From Thermoanaerobaculia bacterium (GTDB lineage: Bacteria > Acidobacteriota > Thermoanaerobaculia > Multivoradales > Multivoraceae): a stretch of DNA of 64,000 bases. Location of the stretch: the NCBI GenBank assembly GCA_965200575.1, contig OZ241363.1:1320212-1384211 (forward strand). The letters are read 5' to 3'. The notes beneath the pieces are model-generated. The model did not search any database and was not told the DNA's origin. It saw nothing but the letters and a program-made list of their open reading frames with translations. Shown piece by piece: positions 1 through 9,594 of the stretch. The translations under genes and the position numbers were made by a program. Each line of letters starts with the position of its first letter. Position 1 is the stretch's first letter.

Positions 1-754
1 CCGCACACGCAAGGCGCTGGTCCACCCGGGCCGGAACGCGTACCTGTGGGTGCTGGAGCGAAGCGCGGACTCCATCAGATTCCTGGACGCCACGGCGTTC
101 GTCCATCAGGACGTGTTCACGTCCGTGGACCCGGTGACCGGCCGCCCGGAGTACGACATGGCGAAGACCCCGGCCACCGGCGAGCAGGCGGTGTTCTGCC
201 CGTCCTGGTCGGGCGGCAAGAACTGGCCTCCGGCGGCCTGGAACCCGGACACCAGGCTGCTCTACATCCCGGCCAACGAGAACACCTGCTCCTGGCTGGA
301 GGGGGTGGAGGAGGACTACCGCCCGGGACGCACCTTCATGGGCATGGAGGGCGGCTTCGTGTCGCGCGAGGGCGCCGAACACTACGGCGAGCTGCAGGCC
401 TGGAACCTGGACACGCGCGAAAAGGTGTGGACTGTCGAGTTCGAGCGCAAGCTGTGGGGCCCGGTGCTGACCACCGGCGGCGGCCTGGTGTTCATGGGCG
501 GAACCAGCGACCGCTGGTTCCGCGCCTTCGACGCGTCGAACGGAGAGCTGCTGTGGCGCCAGCGCACGAACTCCGGCGTCACCGGCGTTCCGACCTCGTT
601 CGAGGTCGACGGCGTGCAGCACGTCGCCGTGCAGGCCGGCTGGGGCGTCGACGCCCAGCGCGGCACGGCCCACCTCGACGGCGCCATCGGCACGCGGACC
701 TACGTGCCGCAGGGCGGCGTGCTCTGGGTGTTCGCGTTGCCCGACGGCGAGTAA
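1..754 (+). CDS. PQQ-dependent alcohol dehydrogenase (type I quinoprotein, no cytochrome domain), C-terminal portion; 5' end lies outside the window
   Basis: The reading frame stays open back to nt 2 (…RTRKALVHPGRNAYLWVLERSADSIRFLDATAFVHQDVF…). The sequence matches the C-terminal propeller blades of the two full-length PQQ-ADHs in this window (e.g. …NGFFYVLDRRTGELISAEEFV… in the 29571-31733 gene). It ends …LWVFALPDGE* with no CxxCH, so it is the type I form. Confidence 0.8.
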   Translation, partial: RTRKALVHPGRNAYLWVLERSADSIRFLDATAFVHQDVFTSVDPVTGRPEYDMAKTPATGEQAVFCPSWSGGKNWPPAAWNPDTRLLYIPANENTCSWLEGVEEDYRPGRTFMGMEGGFVSREGAEHYGELQAWNLDTREKVWTVEFERKLWGPVLTTGGGLVFMGGTSDRWFRAFDASNGELLWRQRTNSGVTGVPTSFEVDGVQHVAVQAGWGVDAQRGTAHLDGAIGTRTYVPQGGVLWVFALPDGE

Positions 755-1081
755 CCGGACCGCGAACCTGCCAGCGGTAGCCGGACGCTGGCCGATCCGC
801 TGGCCAGCCAGGTGGCCGGAGGATGGGGCCAGCCGCGTTGGCGCGTGGCTGATGCCATGCTGCGGCGGGTCGTTGAATGGGAGCCTTCCATCGTCGACTC
901 TCGCCGCACGTGCTGATGGAGGAGCTGGTCCGGGTCGGGCGGTGAAGCCCGGCGGGGGCCGACCGGCGGGGCTGGTGCTGTAGTCTGCCGCCGCCGCGCC
1001 TGGCGCGGGGCGTGTCGGCTGCTGACCAGCCGACACGTCGCCTGCCGCACACGGCGCACCGTAGTCGACCAGGAACGGCCA

Positions 1082-2197
1082 TTGCCCGATTGGAGTCCGC
1101 AGATGGAAGTCGCCAGCACTGAGGCCCAGGCACAGGCCAGGGAACAGCTCGATGCCCACGTCCGCGACATGATGGAGTGGCACTTCCACCCGGACACTGG
1201 CACGCCGTTCTGGCTCGACTTTGCCTCGAAGCTCGACTTCGACCCGCGCAGCGACATCGCGGGATTCAGCGACCTGCGCCGGTTTCCGCCGTTCGAGGAC
1301 GAGTGGCTGCGCGGCGGCCCGGTTCGGCGCTGGGTGCCGAAGGCGATGGCGGACGACCCGGTGTACGTGTTCGAGACCGGCGGCACGACCGGCATCCCGA
1401 AGAGCCGCGTGGCGCTCAACGATTTCCGCACGGACTACGAACTGTTCAGCGCCAGCCTGCCGGACGAGCACTTTCCGCCGGGTTCCAACTGGCTGATGCT
1501 CGGGCCGTCCGGTCCGCGTCGGCTTCGCCTGGCGGTGGAGCACCTCTGCCAGTACCGGGGCGGCATCTGCTTCTGCGTCGACCTGGACCCGCGCTGGGTG
1601 ATCAAGCTGATCCGGAAGGGCTGGACGGAGCATCTGGAGGCGTACAAGGACCACGTCATTGACCAGGCGCTCACGGTTCTCTCGGCCGGCCACGACATCC
1701 AGGCCATGTTCGCGACTCCGAAGCTGCTGGAGAGCCTGTGCCTGGCGCTGGAGGACCGCGGCCAGACGCTCGCCGATACCGGCATCCGGGGCATCTTCTC
1801 CGGCGGCACCGAGTTCACGCCGCAGTGGACCCGGTTCGCGACCGAGGAGCTGCTCGAGGGCGTCTACATGACTCCCACCTACGGCAACACGCTGATGGGC
1901 CTGGCGGCGTCGCGGCCGGTCACGCCGAAGGACGGCTACACGATCGCCTACCACGCGCCGCAGCCGCGCGCGGTGCTGGAGGTGGTGGACCCGGACGACC
2001 CCGACCAGGTGGTCGACTACGGTGCCACCGGCCGGGTGCGCCTGACCACGCTGACGCGTGAGTTCTTCGTCCCCGGCTTCCTCGAGCGCGACGAGGGCGA
2101 ACGCGAGCGCCCGTACGTCAGCTACCCCTGGGACGGCGTCAGCGGCGTGCGCCCCTTCGCCCGTCTGGCTGCGGCCACGACGGTCGGCGTCTACTAG
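1082..2197 (+). CDS. Adenylate-forming enzyme, PaaK / F390-synthetase / LuxE-like (ANL superfamily)
   Basis: There is a phosphate-binding motif FETGGTTGIPK (compare the PaaK SSGTTGKPK core motif), and the size (~370 aa) fits LuxE/PaaK-like enzymes. The true start may be an internal Met (MEVAST… or MMEWHF…). Family assignment is from motif memory only. Confidence 0.5.
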   Translation: MPDWSPQMEVASTEAQAQAREQLDAHVRDMMEWHFHPDTGTPFWLDFASKLDFDPRSDIAGFSDLRRFPPFEDEWLRGGPVRRWVPKAMADDPVYVFETGGTTGIPKSRVALNDFRTDYELFSASLPDEHFPPGSNWLMLGPSGPRRLRLAVEHLCQYRGGICFCVDLDPRWVIKLIRKGWTEHLEAYKDHVIDQALTVLSAGHDIQAMFATPKLLESLCLALEDRGQTLADTGIRGIFSGGTEFTPQWTRFATEELLEGVYMTPTYGNTLMGLAASRPVTPKDGYTIAYHAPQPRAVLEVVDPDDPDQVVDYGATGRVRLTTLTREFFVPGFLERDEGERERPYVSYPWDGVSGVRPFARLAAATTVGVY

Positions 2198-2287
2198 CCG
2201 GGGCCAGGCGCGACGCCCGCGACGCGGCTGGCGGCGCTGGCAGGTCGGACTTGCCGCGGCCGAAGGCCGCAGGATGTCCGCCCGGCC

Positions 2288-4516
2288 TCAGCCCGGGTCG
2301 CGCTGCTGCTGTGCGTCGCGCAGTTCCATCGCCTTCGCGATGACGAACTGGTGGATTGCCTCGGTGGCCTTGCGGTCGAAGACCTCGGCGTAGCCCGGCA
2401 TGCCGAGGGAGAGCAGGCCGTCCTGGACGATTCCCAGGAAGTCGGCGTGGACCTGCGGCGACATGCGGCGCAGGTCGGGGGAGGCGGTGGCGACGATGGA
2501 GCTCTGGCCGAGGCCCCGGTGGCAGAGCGCGCAATGCTCGTGGTACAGCGTGTTGCCGCGCTCGATGGCGTCGGTGCTGGCGGTCAGCGGCGGCAGCTCG
2601 GGAATCGTGTAGTCGCGTTCCGGCGGCCGTGCAAGCGTTGCCTCGCCTTCGAGCGAGAACACCAGCAGCTCGCCCGGGCGGTCGAAGTCGGTGCTGCCGC
2701 CGACCATCGTGGCGACGTGCTGGACCCCTCCGGCCATGTAGCTGATGATCGACGACGAGAAGGAACCGTACGCGTCGAACTCCCAGATCTTCTCGCCCGT
2801 GTCGCGGTCGTAGGCGTTGAAGTCGCCGCCGCCGCCGCCGTGAAACAGCAGGCCGGTGGCGGTCGCCAGGACGCCGCCGTTGAAGGCTCTGGGAAGGCGG
2901 TTCTCCCAGATCTTCTCGCCCGACAGCGGGTCGAACGCGACCAGGAAGCCGCGGTCCTCCGGGCGCGGGCCGGCTTCGGCCTGCAGACGCTGGCGGTAGG
3001 CGCCGCTGGCCACGCCCAGGCTGAGCCCCCAGTCGCTGATCGTGTACGAGCCGGTCTCCACGAACTCCTGCGGCAGGGCGTAGAAGTTCGCGTAGTCGTG
3101 GTAGTAGAAGTACATGACGCCCCGTTCGGCGTCCCAGGACATCGGCTCCCAGTTGTGGGCGCCGGCGTTCGCCGGAGTGATCCACTGGGGCTTCTGCTCG
3201 AAGACCACATCCGGGTTCTCGACCGGTCGGCCGGTCTCCATGTCCACGTGGGTGGCCCAGTCGATGCGGTCCGTGTACGGATGTGCGCGCAGGAGCTCGC
3301 CCGACTCGCGGTCGATGACGTAGAAGAAGCCGTTCTTCGGCGCCTGAAGCAGGACCTTGCGCTCGACGCCGTCCACGGTCAGTTCGCCCAGGGCGATGTC
3401 CATGGCGGAGCTGTAGTCCCAGTTGTCGCCGGGCACCGTCTGGTAGTACCACTTCATCTCGGCGGTGTCGGCGTCGACTGCCACGATGGCGGTCAGGAAC
3501 AGGTCGTCGCCGCCGCCCGGCGAGCGCACCTGGCGTGACCACGGGGCGCCGTTGCCGACCCCGATGTAGAGCAGGTTCAGTTCGTGGTCGTAGACGAGGG
3601 AGTTCCAGGCCGTCCCGCCGCCGCCCATCTTCCACCATTCGCCGCCCCAGGTCTTCGCCGCCATCTCCATCTCCGGGTGCTCGAAGGGCTGCGACGGGTC
3701 GCCCGGCACCAGGTAGAAACGCCATGCGAGCTCGCCTGTCTCGGCGTCGTAGGCGGAGACGTAGCCGCGCCGCTTGCCGCTCTCGGAGCTTCCCTGGCCG
3801 ATGAACACCTTGCCGGCGGCGGCGCGCGGAGCGCCGGTGATGTTGAAGCGCCCGAGCGCCGACGGGTGCCAGGTGTCGATGTCCCACACCTCCTCGCCGG
3901 TTGCCGCATCGACCGCCACCAGGCGGCCGTCGAACAGCGCGACGTAGACCTTGCCCCGGTAGACCGCGACGCCCCGGTTCGCCACCCCGCCGCAGCACGA
4001 GTACTTGACATAGGTGCGGTCAGTCTGTGGGTCGTGCGTCCAGATCTCCTCGCCGGTCGCCGGATCCAGCGCGAAGATTACGCCCCAGCCGTTGGTGGCG
4101 TACATCACGCCGTCGACGATCAGCGGCGTGCCCTGCATCCGCTCGGACGACCCGCCCAGGGGCAGGGACCAGGCGAGCTTCAGATCGCCGACGTTCTCGC
4201 GGGTGATCTGGTCAAGAGTGGAGAATCGCTGTTCCTTGTAGGTCTGGCCGTAGGTGAGCCAGCTGCCGGGCTCGTGTGTCGCGGCACGGATGATCCGCTC
4301 GTCGTCGACGTTGCCGGCAGGCGGTGTCGCGTCGGGGCTCTCGCCGCCGCAGGCAGCCGCCAGCAGAAGAACGAGCAGCGCTCCGAGCGAGAACGACTCC
4401 CTCGAGAACGACTCCCTCGAGAACGATTCGCCCTCCCGCCTGACTGCCTCGAGACGGGCGTACACCCGAGGCCTGGACGCTGTCATCCTGGACCGCATGC
4501 AGGCAGGCTTGCACAC
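2288..4516 (-). CDS. Quinohemoprotein alcohol dehydrogenase (type II: PQQ 8-bladed propeller + C-terminal cytochrome c), lipoprotein-type signal
   Basis: The protein shows W-motif propeller repeats, the vicinal CC disulfide (KYSCCGGV) and a WDYSS active-site region. The C-terminal heme site is CALCH plus a downstream Met ligand region. The N-terminus carries a lipobox LLLAAAC. The start could be any of three in-frame ATGs (4516, 4498, 4486). Confidence 0.85.
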   Translation of the reverse strand: MCKPACMRSRMTASRPRVYARLEAVRREGESFSRESFSRESFSLGALLVLLLAAACGGESPDATPPAGNVDDERIIRAATHEPGSWLTYGQTYKEQRFSTLDQITRENVGDLKLAWSLPLGGSSERMQGTPLIVDGVMYATNGWGVIFALDPATGEEIWTHDPQTDRTYVKYSCCGGVANRGVAVYRGKVYVALFDGRLVAVDAATGEEVWDIDTWHPSALGRFNITGAPRAAAGKVFIGQGSSESGKRRGYVSAYDAETGELAWRFYLVPGDPSQPFEHPEMEMAAKTWGGEWWKMGGGGTAWNSLVYDHELNLLYIGVGNGAPWSRQVRSPGGGDDLFLTAIVAVDADTAEMKWYYQTVPGDNWDYSSAMDIALGELTVDGVERKVLLQAPKNGFFYVIDRESGELLRAHPYTDRIDWATHVDMETGRPVENPDVVFEQKPQWITPANAGAHNWEPMSWDAERGVMYFYYHDYANFYALPQEFVETGSYTISDWGLSLGVASGAYRQRLQAEAGPRPEDRGFLVAFDPLSGEKIWENRLPRAFNGGVLATATGLLFHGGGGGDFNAYDRDTGEKIWEFDAYGSFSSSIISYMAGGVQHVATMVGGSTDFDRPGELLVFSLEGEATLARPPERDYTIPELPPLTASTDAIERGNTLYHEHCALCHRGLGQSSIVATASPDLRRMSPQVHADFLGIVQDGLLSLGMPGYAEVFDRKATEAIHQFVIAKAMELRDAQQQRDPG
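4381..4425. repeat. 15-bp tandem repeat x3 (CGAGAACGACTCCCT, third copy degenerate) inside the 5' coding leader of the quinohemoprotein ADH; encodes ESFSRESFSRESFS
   Basis: Directly visible as gagaacgactccctc gagaacgactccctc gagaacgattcgccc; it lies upstream of the lipobox but downstream of all candidate start codons. Confidence 0.6.
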
Positions 4517-4561
4517 AGGTAGCCGGTGGTCAACCAGCGTTTTCCGGCGGGCGGCGCTCTG

Positions 4562-4636
4562 TGGAGCCGACGAGCGGACTTGAACCGCTGACCTGCTGAT
4601 TACGAATCAGCTGCTCTACCACTGAGCTACGTCGGC
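4562..4636 (-). tRNA. tRNA-Thr (anticodon CGU), CCA encoded
   Basis: The reverse complement GCCGACGTAGCTCAGTGGTAGAGCAGCTGATTCGTAATCAGCAGGTCAGCGGTTCAAGTCCGCTCGTCGGCTCCA folds as a perfect cloverleaf: a 7-bp acceptor, D stem GCTC/GAGC, anticodon stem GCTGA/TCAGC with loop TTCGTAA (anticodon CGT), and T stem AGCGG/CCGCT with loop TTCAAGT. Confidence 0.85.
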
Positions 4637-4743
4637 AAGCCGGTTCCCATCGCCCGGCCCGGTCACGGTCGGCGGATGGTAGCAGGCTGTCGACGGTCTT
4701 CGACCGTTGCACGACCCGAGGGCCGGACGGGATACCCTGCCGC

Positions 4744-6054
4744 GTGGCTCGCGCCCGACCGATGACTGTACCGTCCCCCAGCCCGAGCGCGGGCCCGCCG
4801 CCCGGCCGCGGCGGCATGTGGGAGTCGCTGCGGGTTCGCCCGTTCCGCTGGCTGTACGTCTCGAACGCGACGTTCTTCCTCGGCATGCAGGGGCAGATCA
4901 TCGTGCGCTCGTGGCTGGTGTATTCGCTCACCGGCAGCGAGCTGGCGCTGGGCGTGGTCAGCATGATGGTGGCGCTGTCGATGCTCTGCCTGGGACCGGT
5001 TGGGGGCGTTGCGGCGGACCGGTTCGAGCGGCGCGGCCTGATCGCCGCCGGCCAGACGACGGTCGTGGTGGTCGAGGCCGTCGTGCTCGTCCTGCTGTGG
5101 AGCGGCGCGCTCGAGTACTGGCACATCCTGGTACAGGTGACGGTGGTGGGCGCCGTGTTCCCCTTCGTCATGCCGGCGCGCAACGCCATCGTCGCCGACG
5201 TGGTCGGCCGGCGACGGTTGACGAACGCCATGGCGCTGACCATGACGGCGATGAACGTGACGCGGGTCGTCGGCCCGGCGGTTGGCGGTCTGCTGATCGG
5301 CGTGGCCGGGGTCCAGGTTGCCTACTCGATCAACGTGGCGCTCTTCGGCCTGGCGCTTGCCTGCATGGCGGGGGTGCAGCAGGCGCCGGTCGCCGAGCAG
5401 CCCGGCAAGTCGCTGCTCGGCAACATGGCCCAGGGTTTGGGCTACGTCGCGCAGAACCGGCTGGTCCTCGTGCTGCTCTTCTTCGGCCTGGTGCCGATGT
5501 TCCTGGTCATGCCGTTCCAGACCCTCCTGGTGGTCTTCGCCGAGGACGTCTGGGCCGTGGGACCGGGTGGGCTGGGCGCGCTCAGCGGCGCTGCGGGCGT
5601 GGGCGGCGTGGCCGGTGCGGCGTTCGTGGCCTGGCGTTCGCACTCGACCAGGCGCCTGCGCCTGATGATGTACAGCGTCTTCGCCTTCGGCCTGCTCATG
5701 ATGGGGTTCGCTCTGAGCCCCTGGTTCTGGCTCGGCCTGCCCCTGGTGCTGGCGGGGTCTGCCTTCCAGTCCATCTACACGACGCTGAACAACACGGCCA
5801 TCCAGGTTCTGATCCCGGACTCCGTGCGCGGCCGGGTGTCGGGCTTCCTGACCATGTCGTTCTCGCTGCCGATGCTCGGCGTTGTGCCCATCAGCGCCCT
5901 GGCCGAGGTCTGGGGCGCGCCTGTCGCGGTGGGCCTGTCCTCGCTGCTGGCCGTGCTCACTGCGGTTGTCTTCTACCTCGCCAGCCCGAACCTGCGGCGC
6001 ATGGACTTGCTGATCCGCCGGGCGCTCCGGGACGCCACGCGCGCTGGCGTCTGA
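4744..6054 (+). CDS. MFS transporter (12-TM, efflux-type)
   Basis: The protein is hydrophobic with ~12 predicted helices and MFS signature loops (GxxADRFERRG, GPAVGGLL). An alternative start is Met25 (MWESLRV…). Confidence 0.7.
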   Translation: MARARPMTVPSPSPSAGPPPGRGGMWESLRVRPFRWLYVSNATFFLGMQGQIIVRSWLVYSLTGSELALGVVSMMVALSMLCLGPVGGVAADRFERRGLIAAGQTTVVVVEAVVLVLLWSGALEYWHILVQVTVVGAVFPFVMPARNAIVADVVGRRRLTNAMALTMTAMNVTRVVGPAVGGLLIGVAGVQVAYSINVALFGLALACMAGVQQAPVAEQPGKSLLGNMAQGLGYVAQNRLVLVLLFFGLVPMFLVMPFQTLLVVFAEDVWAVGPGGLGALSGAAGVGGVAGAAFVAWRSHSTRRLRLMMYSVFAFGLLMMGFALSPWFWLGLPLVLAGSAFQSIYTTLNNTAIQVLIPDSVRGRVSGFLTMSFSLPMLGVVPISALAEVWGAPVAVGLSSLLAVLTAVVFYLASPNLRRMDLLIRRALRDATRAGV

Positions 6055-6123
6055 CGATTCAGCGGCCGCCGGGGCTCGGACCTGATCCGTCCGGTCCCAG
6101 GGGCCTCGGAGAACTCCGCCCGC

Positions 6124-9100
6124 CTACCAGGTGTCGATGTACGGGCGCTTCTTGCCGGTGCGCGGCGGCGGCGGCGGCAGCCGCTTCATGCTCTCGGCGA
6201 TCCAGGAGCGCGTCTCCGCGGGGTCGATGACGTCGTCGAGGCCGCCGCCGGCTGCCGAGTTCACCGCCTTGGCCCGTTCGTAGGACGCCTCGACCCGGCT
6301 CTCGAACTCCAGGCGGCGTTCCTCCGGATCCTCGATGGCGGCGAGCTCCTTCCGGTAGCCCAGCTTCACCGCGCCCTCGATGTTCATCCCCGCGAACTCG
6401 GCGGTCGGCCAGCCGACGGTGAAGAAGCCGACCAGGGCGCTGGCGCCGCACATTGCCTGCACGCCCAGACCGTAGGCCTTGCGCACGACGACGCCGAACA
6501 TCGGCACGGAGAGGTTGGCGCCGGTGTTGAACATGCGGGCGCAGTGGCGGACCAGGGCGGTCTTCTCGTGGTCCGGGCCGACCATGATCCCGGGGCAGTC
6601 CATGAGGCTCAGGACCGGGATGTCGAAGGCGTCGCACAGCTGCAGGAAGCGGGCGCCCTTGTCCGCGCCGTCCGAGTCGATGGCGCCGGCCAGGTGGTGC
6701 GGGTTGTTGGCAATCACGCCCAGCGGCCTGCCCTCGACCCGAATGAAGGCGGTGATCACGCCGATGCCGAACTTCGGGCGAATCTGCAGCACCGAACCGA
6801 CATCGGCCAGGGTGTGCAGGATCTTCTGCATGTCGTACAGGCGCAGCCGGTTCTCCGGAATCACGTGGCGCAGCGGGCGCTGGTCGTGGGCCTCGAAGTC
6901 CGTCACCCGCCCCTGGAAGTAGGAGAGGTACTTCTTGGCCACGTCAACCGCTTCTTCCTCGTCGCGGACCAGGATGTCGACCACGCCGTTCGGCACCTGG
7001 AACGACATCGGGCCGACTTCCTCGGGGGTGTAGATGCCCAGGCCCCCACCCTCGATCATCGCCGGGCCGCCCATGGCGATGGTCGATGCCTCGGTGGCGA
7101 TGATCACGTCGCAGCAGGCGAGCAGCGCGGTGTTGCCGGCGAAGCAGCGGCCGTTGTTCACGCCCACCAGTGGGATGAGGCCGGAGAGCTTGGAGAACTG
7201 CGTGAAGGTGTAGGTGTCGAACGCGACGCGGGGACCGGTGTAGTCGTCGCCCGGCCGACCGCCGCCACCCTCGGTGAAGAACACGAGCGGGAGGCGGTAG
7301 CGGTTGGCGAGGTCGAACAGGCGGTCCTGCTTGTAGTGGTTGCGCCCGCCCTGAGTGCCGGCGAGGACGGTGTAGTCGTAGGACAGGACCATCGCCCGCG
7401 ACTCTTCGTCGTCGAACAGGTTGCCGTTGATGGACGCGGTGCCGGCGACGACGCCGTCGGCCGGCGTGTAGCGGCGCAGCGTCTCGTCGTCGAACTTCTG
7501 GTGCTGACGAGCCACGATCAGCGGCCAGTACTCCCTGAAGGAGCCCTCGTCCACCAGCTGAGCGATGTTCTCGCGCGGCATGCGGAAGCCCAGGCGTCGG
7601 CGTTTGGCGACGACATCGGGCCGGTTCTCGTCGAGCGTGAAGGAGTGACGGCGGATGTTCTCCTCGAGGTCGGGTCGGATGAAATCCGGGTCCGCCTCCT
7701 CGGCCGCATCGGCCGCCTCGCCACCTTCGGCGGGCGCAACGAAGACCAGCGGGAAACCCTCGCGAATCGTGTCGCCGGCCGCCATCGTGACCCCGCGGAC
7801 GACGCCGCTGGTGTCGGCGCGGAGCACGTGCTCCATCTTCATCGCCTCGATCACGGCGAGCTGCTGCCCGCGCAGAACCTCGTCGCCGGGGGCCACGTCG
7901 ATGCCGACGATGGTGCCCTGGATCGGCGCGACGATGCCCACGGCGCCATCAAACTCCGCCTGCGGGCCGGCGTCGTCGTCGGCCGCGTCGGCCGGGTCCG
8001 TCTCGGCGGCCTTCTTCGCCCGGTCGTGGGCGAACAGGGCAAGCGGATCCGCGGTGTCCACCCGGGCCCCGGCGAAACCGCTGTCCCTGGCGTCGCCGGC
8101 CGTCCCCGACCCGTCGGCGCCGGCGGGCGCGGCGGCGGGCGTGGCCGAAGCCGGAACGAAGCGCTGCCTGCGGCCGCTCTCTGCGGCTGCCGCGAGCTCC
8201 GCGGCGTGGTCGTCGATCCAGCGGGTGTACAGGGCGCCGCTGCCGAAGTCCGCGTGGCCGAGGATGCCCTGCAGCCAAAGGATGTTCGTGGCCGGGCCGG
8301 CGATGCGGAACTCGTCCAGGGCCCGCTCGGTGCGCTTGATCGCGCTGGCGAAGTCGCCCGCAGGCGAGTGGGCGATCACCTTCGCCAGCAGCGAGTCGAA
8401 CGCCGGGTTCGGCTCGTAGCCCGCGTAGCCGCAGCCGTCGATGCGCACGCCAGGCCCGCTCGGCGGCTCGTAGGCGGCGAGCGGGCCGGAGGAGGGCCTG
8501 ACCGCGCCGTCGGCGTCCAGGGTCTCCAGGTTCACGCGCGCCTCGATGGCGAAGCCGCGCGGGCGGACGGGCGCCGCCGGGTCGAAGCCCAGGTCCGCGA
8601 GCGACGCGCCGTCGGCCACGCGCAGCTGCGCCTGGACGAGGTCGACGCCGGTGACCGCTTCCGTCACCGTGTGCTCGACCTGCAGGCGGGCGTTCACCTC
8701 GATGAACGCGAAGCGGCCCTGCGCTTCGTCCGCGCCGTCCGCTGCCCCGTTCGCTCCGGCGTCGACCAGGAACTCGAAGGTGCCCAGGCTGCTGTAGCCG
8801 GTCGTGCTGCCGAGCCGCAGCGCCGCGTCGACAATGGCCTGGCGCACGGCAGGGGCGAGGTTCGGCGCCGGCGCGGTCTCGACGACCTTCTGGTGCCGCC
8901 GCTGGGCGCTGCACTCGCGCTCGCCGAAGTCGACGAGTTCGCCGTGCCGGTCGCCCAGCAGCTGGACTTCGATGTGACGCGCCCTGGGAATCAGCTCCTC
9001 GACGTACAGGCCGCCGTTGCCGAACGCCCGCTCGGCCTCGGAACGGCAGCGCTCCCAGGCCAGATCGAGCTCCTCGGCCGAGGCGACGATGCGCGAGCCC

Positions 9101-9594
9101 CGCCCGCCGCCGCCGGCAAGTGCCTTGACGATCATCGCCTGGTCGGAGTCGAGCGCTTCGAGGAACTCCCGAGCTTCGGCGAGCGTCGTGGGCCGGTCGG
9201 TGCCCCGCAGTACCGGGACGTCCTCGCCGGTCGCGGCGGCGCGGGCGCGGCCCTTGTCGCCGAACAGCTCCAGGACCTCGGGCGGCGGCCCCACGAAGTT
9301 CAGGCCCGCGTCGGCGCAGGCGGCCGCGAAGGCGGCGTTCTCGGCCAGGAAGCCGTAGCCCGGGTGGACCGCATCGCACCCCGCGTCGACGGCCCGGGCG
9401 ACGACAGCTTCGATGTCCAGGTAGGCGCCAACGCCGCGGCCGGGGAGCGGCACGGCCTCGTCCGCGATGCGCAGGTGCAGGCCGTTCGCATCGTCCTCCG
9501 AGTGGACGACCACCGTCTCGATGTCCAGGTCCATCGCCGCGCGGGCGATGCGGACCGCGATCTCGCCGCGGTTGGCGATCAGCAGGCGGCGCAT
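6124..9594 (-). CDS. Single-chain biotin-dependent acyl-CoA carboxylase (biotin carboxylase + BCCP + carboxyltransferase fused; LCC-like)
   Basis: The N-terminus is an ATP-grasp biotin carboxylase (MRRLLIANRGEIAVRIARAA…), the middle carries a biotinyl-lysine motif (AVIEAMKMEH), and the C-terminal ~550 aa is a carboxyltransferase domain (…VLAGTQGGRNHYKQ…LPLVFFTEGGGGRPGDD…). The size of 1156 aa matches the described single-chain long-chain acyl-CoA carboxylases. Confidence 0.85.
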   Translation of the reverse strand: MRRLLIANRGEIAVRIARAAMDLDIETVVVHSEDDANGLHLRIADEAVPLPGRGVGAYLDIEAVVARAVDAGCDAVHPGYGFLAENAAFAAACADAGLNFVGPPPEVLELFGDKGRARAAATGEDVPVLRGTDRPTTLAEAREFLEALDSDQAMIVKALAGGGGRGSRIVASAEELDLAWERCRSEAERAFGNGGLYVEELIPRARHIEVQLLGDRHGELVDFGERECSAQRRHQKVVETAPAPNLAPAVRQAIVDAALRLGSTTGYSSLGTFEFLVDAGANGAADGADEAQGRFAFIEVNARLQVEHTVTEAVTGVDLVQAQLRVADGASLADLGFDPAAPVRPRGFAIEARVNLETLDADGAVRPSSGPLAAYEPPSGPGVRIDGCGYAGYEPNPAFDSLLAKVIAHSPAGDFASAIKRTERALDEFRIAGPATNILWLQGILGHADFGSGALYTRWIDDHAAELAAAAESGRRQRFVPASATPAAAPAGADGSGTAGDARDSGFAGARVDTADPLALFAHDRAKKAAETDPADAADDDAGPQAEFDGAVGIVAPIQGTIVGIDVAPGDEVLRGQQLAVIEAMKMEHVLRADTSGVVRGVTMAAGDTIREGFPLVFVAPAEGGEAADAAEEADPDFIRPDLEENIRRHSFTLDENRPDVVAKRRRLGFRMPRENIAQLVDEGSFREYWPLIVARQHQKFDDETLRRYTPADGVVAGTASINGNLFDDEESRAMVLSYDYTVLAGTQGGRNHYKQDRLFDLANRYRLPLVFFTEGGGGRPGDDYTGPRVAFDTYTFTQFSKLSGLIPLVGVNNGRCFAGNTALLACCDVIIATEASTIAMGGPAMIEGGGLGIYTPEEVGPMSFQVPNGVVDILVRDEEEAVDVAKKYLSYFQGRVTDFEAHDQRPLRHVIPENRLRLYDMQKILHTLADVGSVLQIRPKFGIGVITAFIRVEGRPLGVIANNPHHLAGAIDSDGADKGARFLQLCDAFDIPVLSLMDCPGIMVGPDHEKTALVRHCARMFNTGANLSVPMFGVVVRKAYGLGVQAMCGASALVGFFTVGWPTAEFAGMNIEGAVKLGYRKELAAIEDPEERRLEFESRVEASYERAKAVNSAAGGGLDDVIDPAETRSWIAESMKRLPPPPPRTGKKRPYIDTW

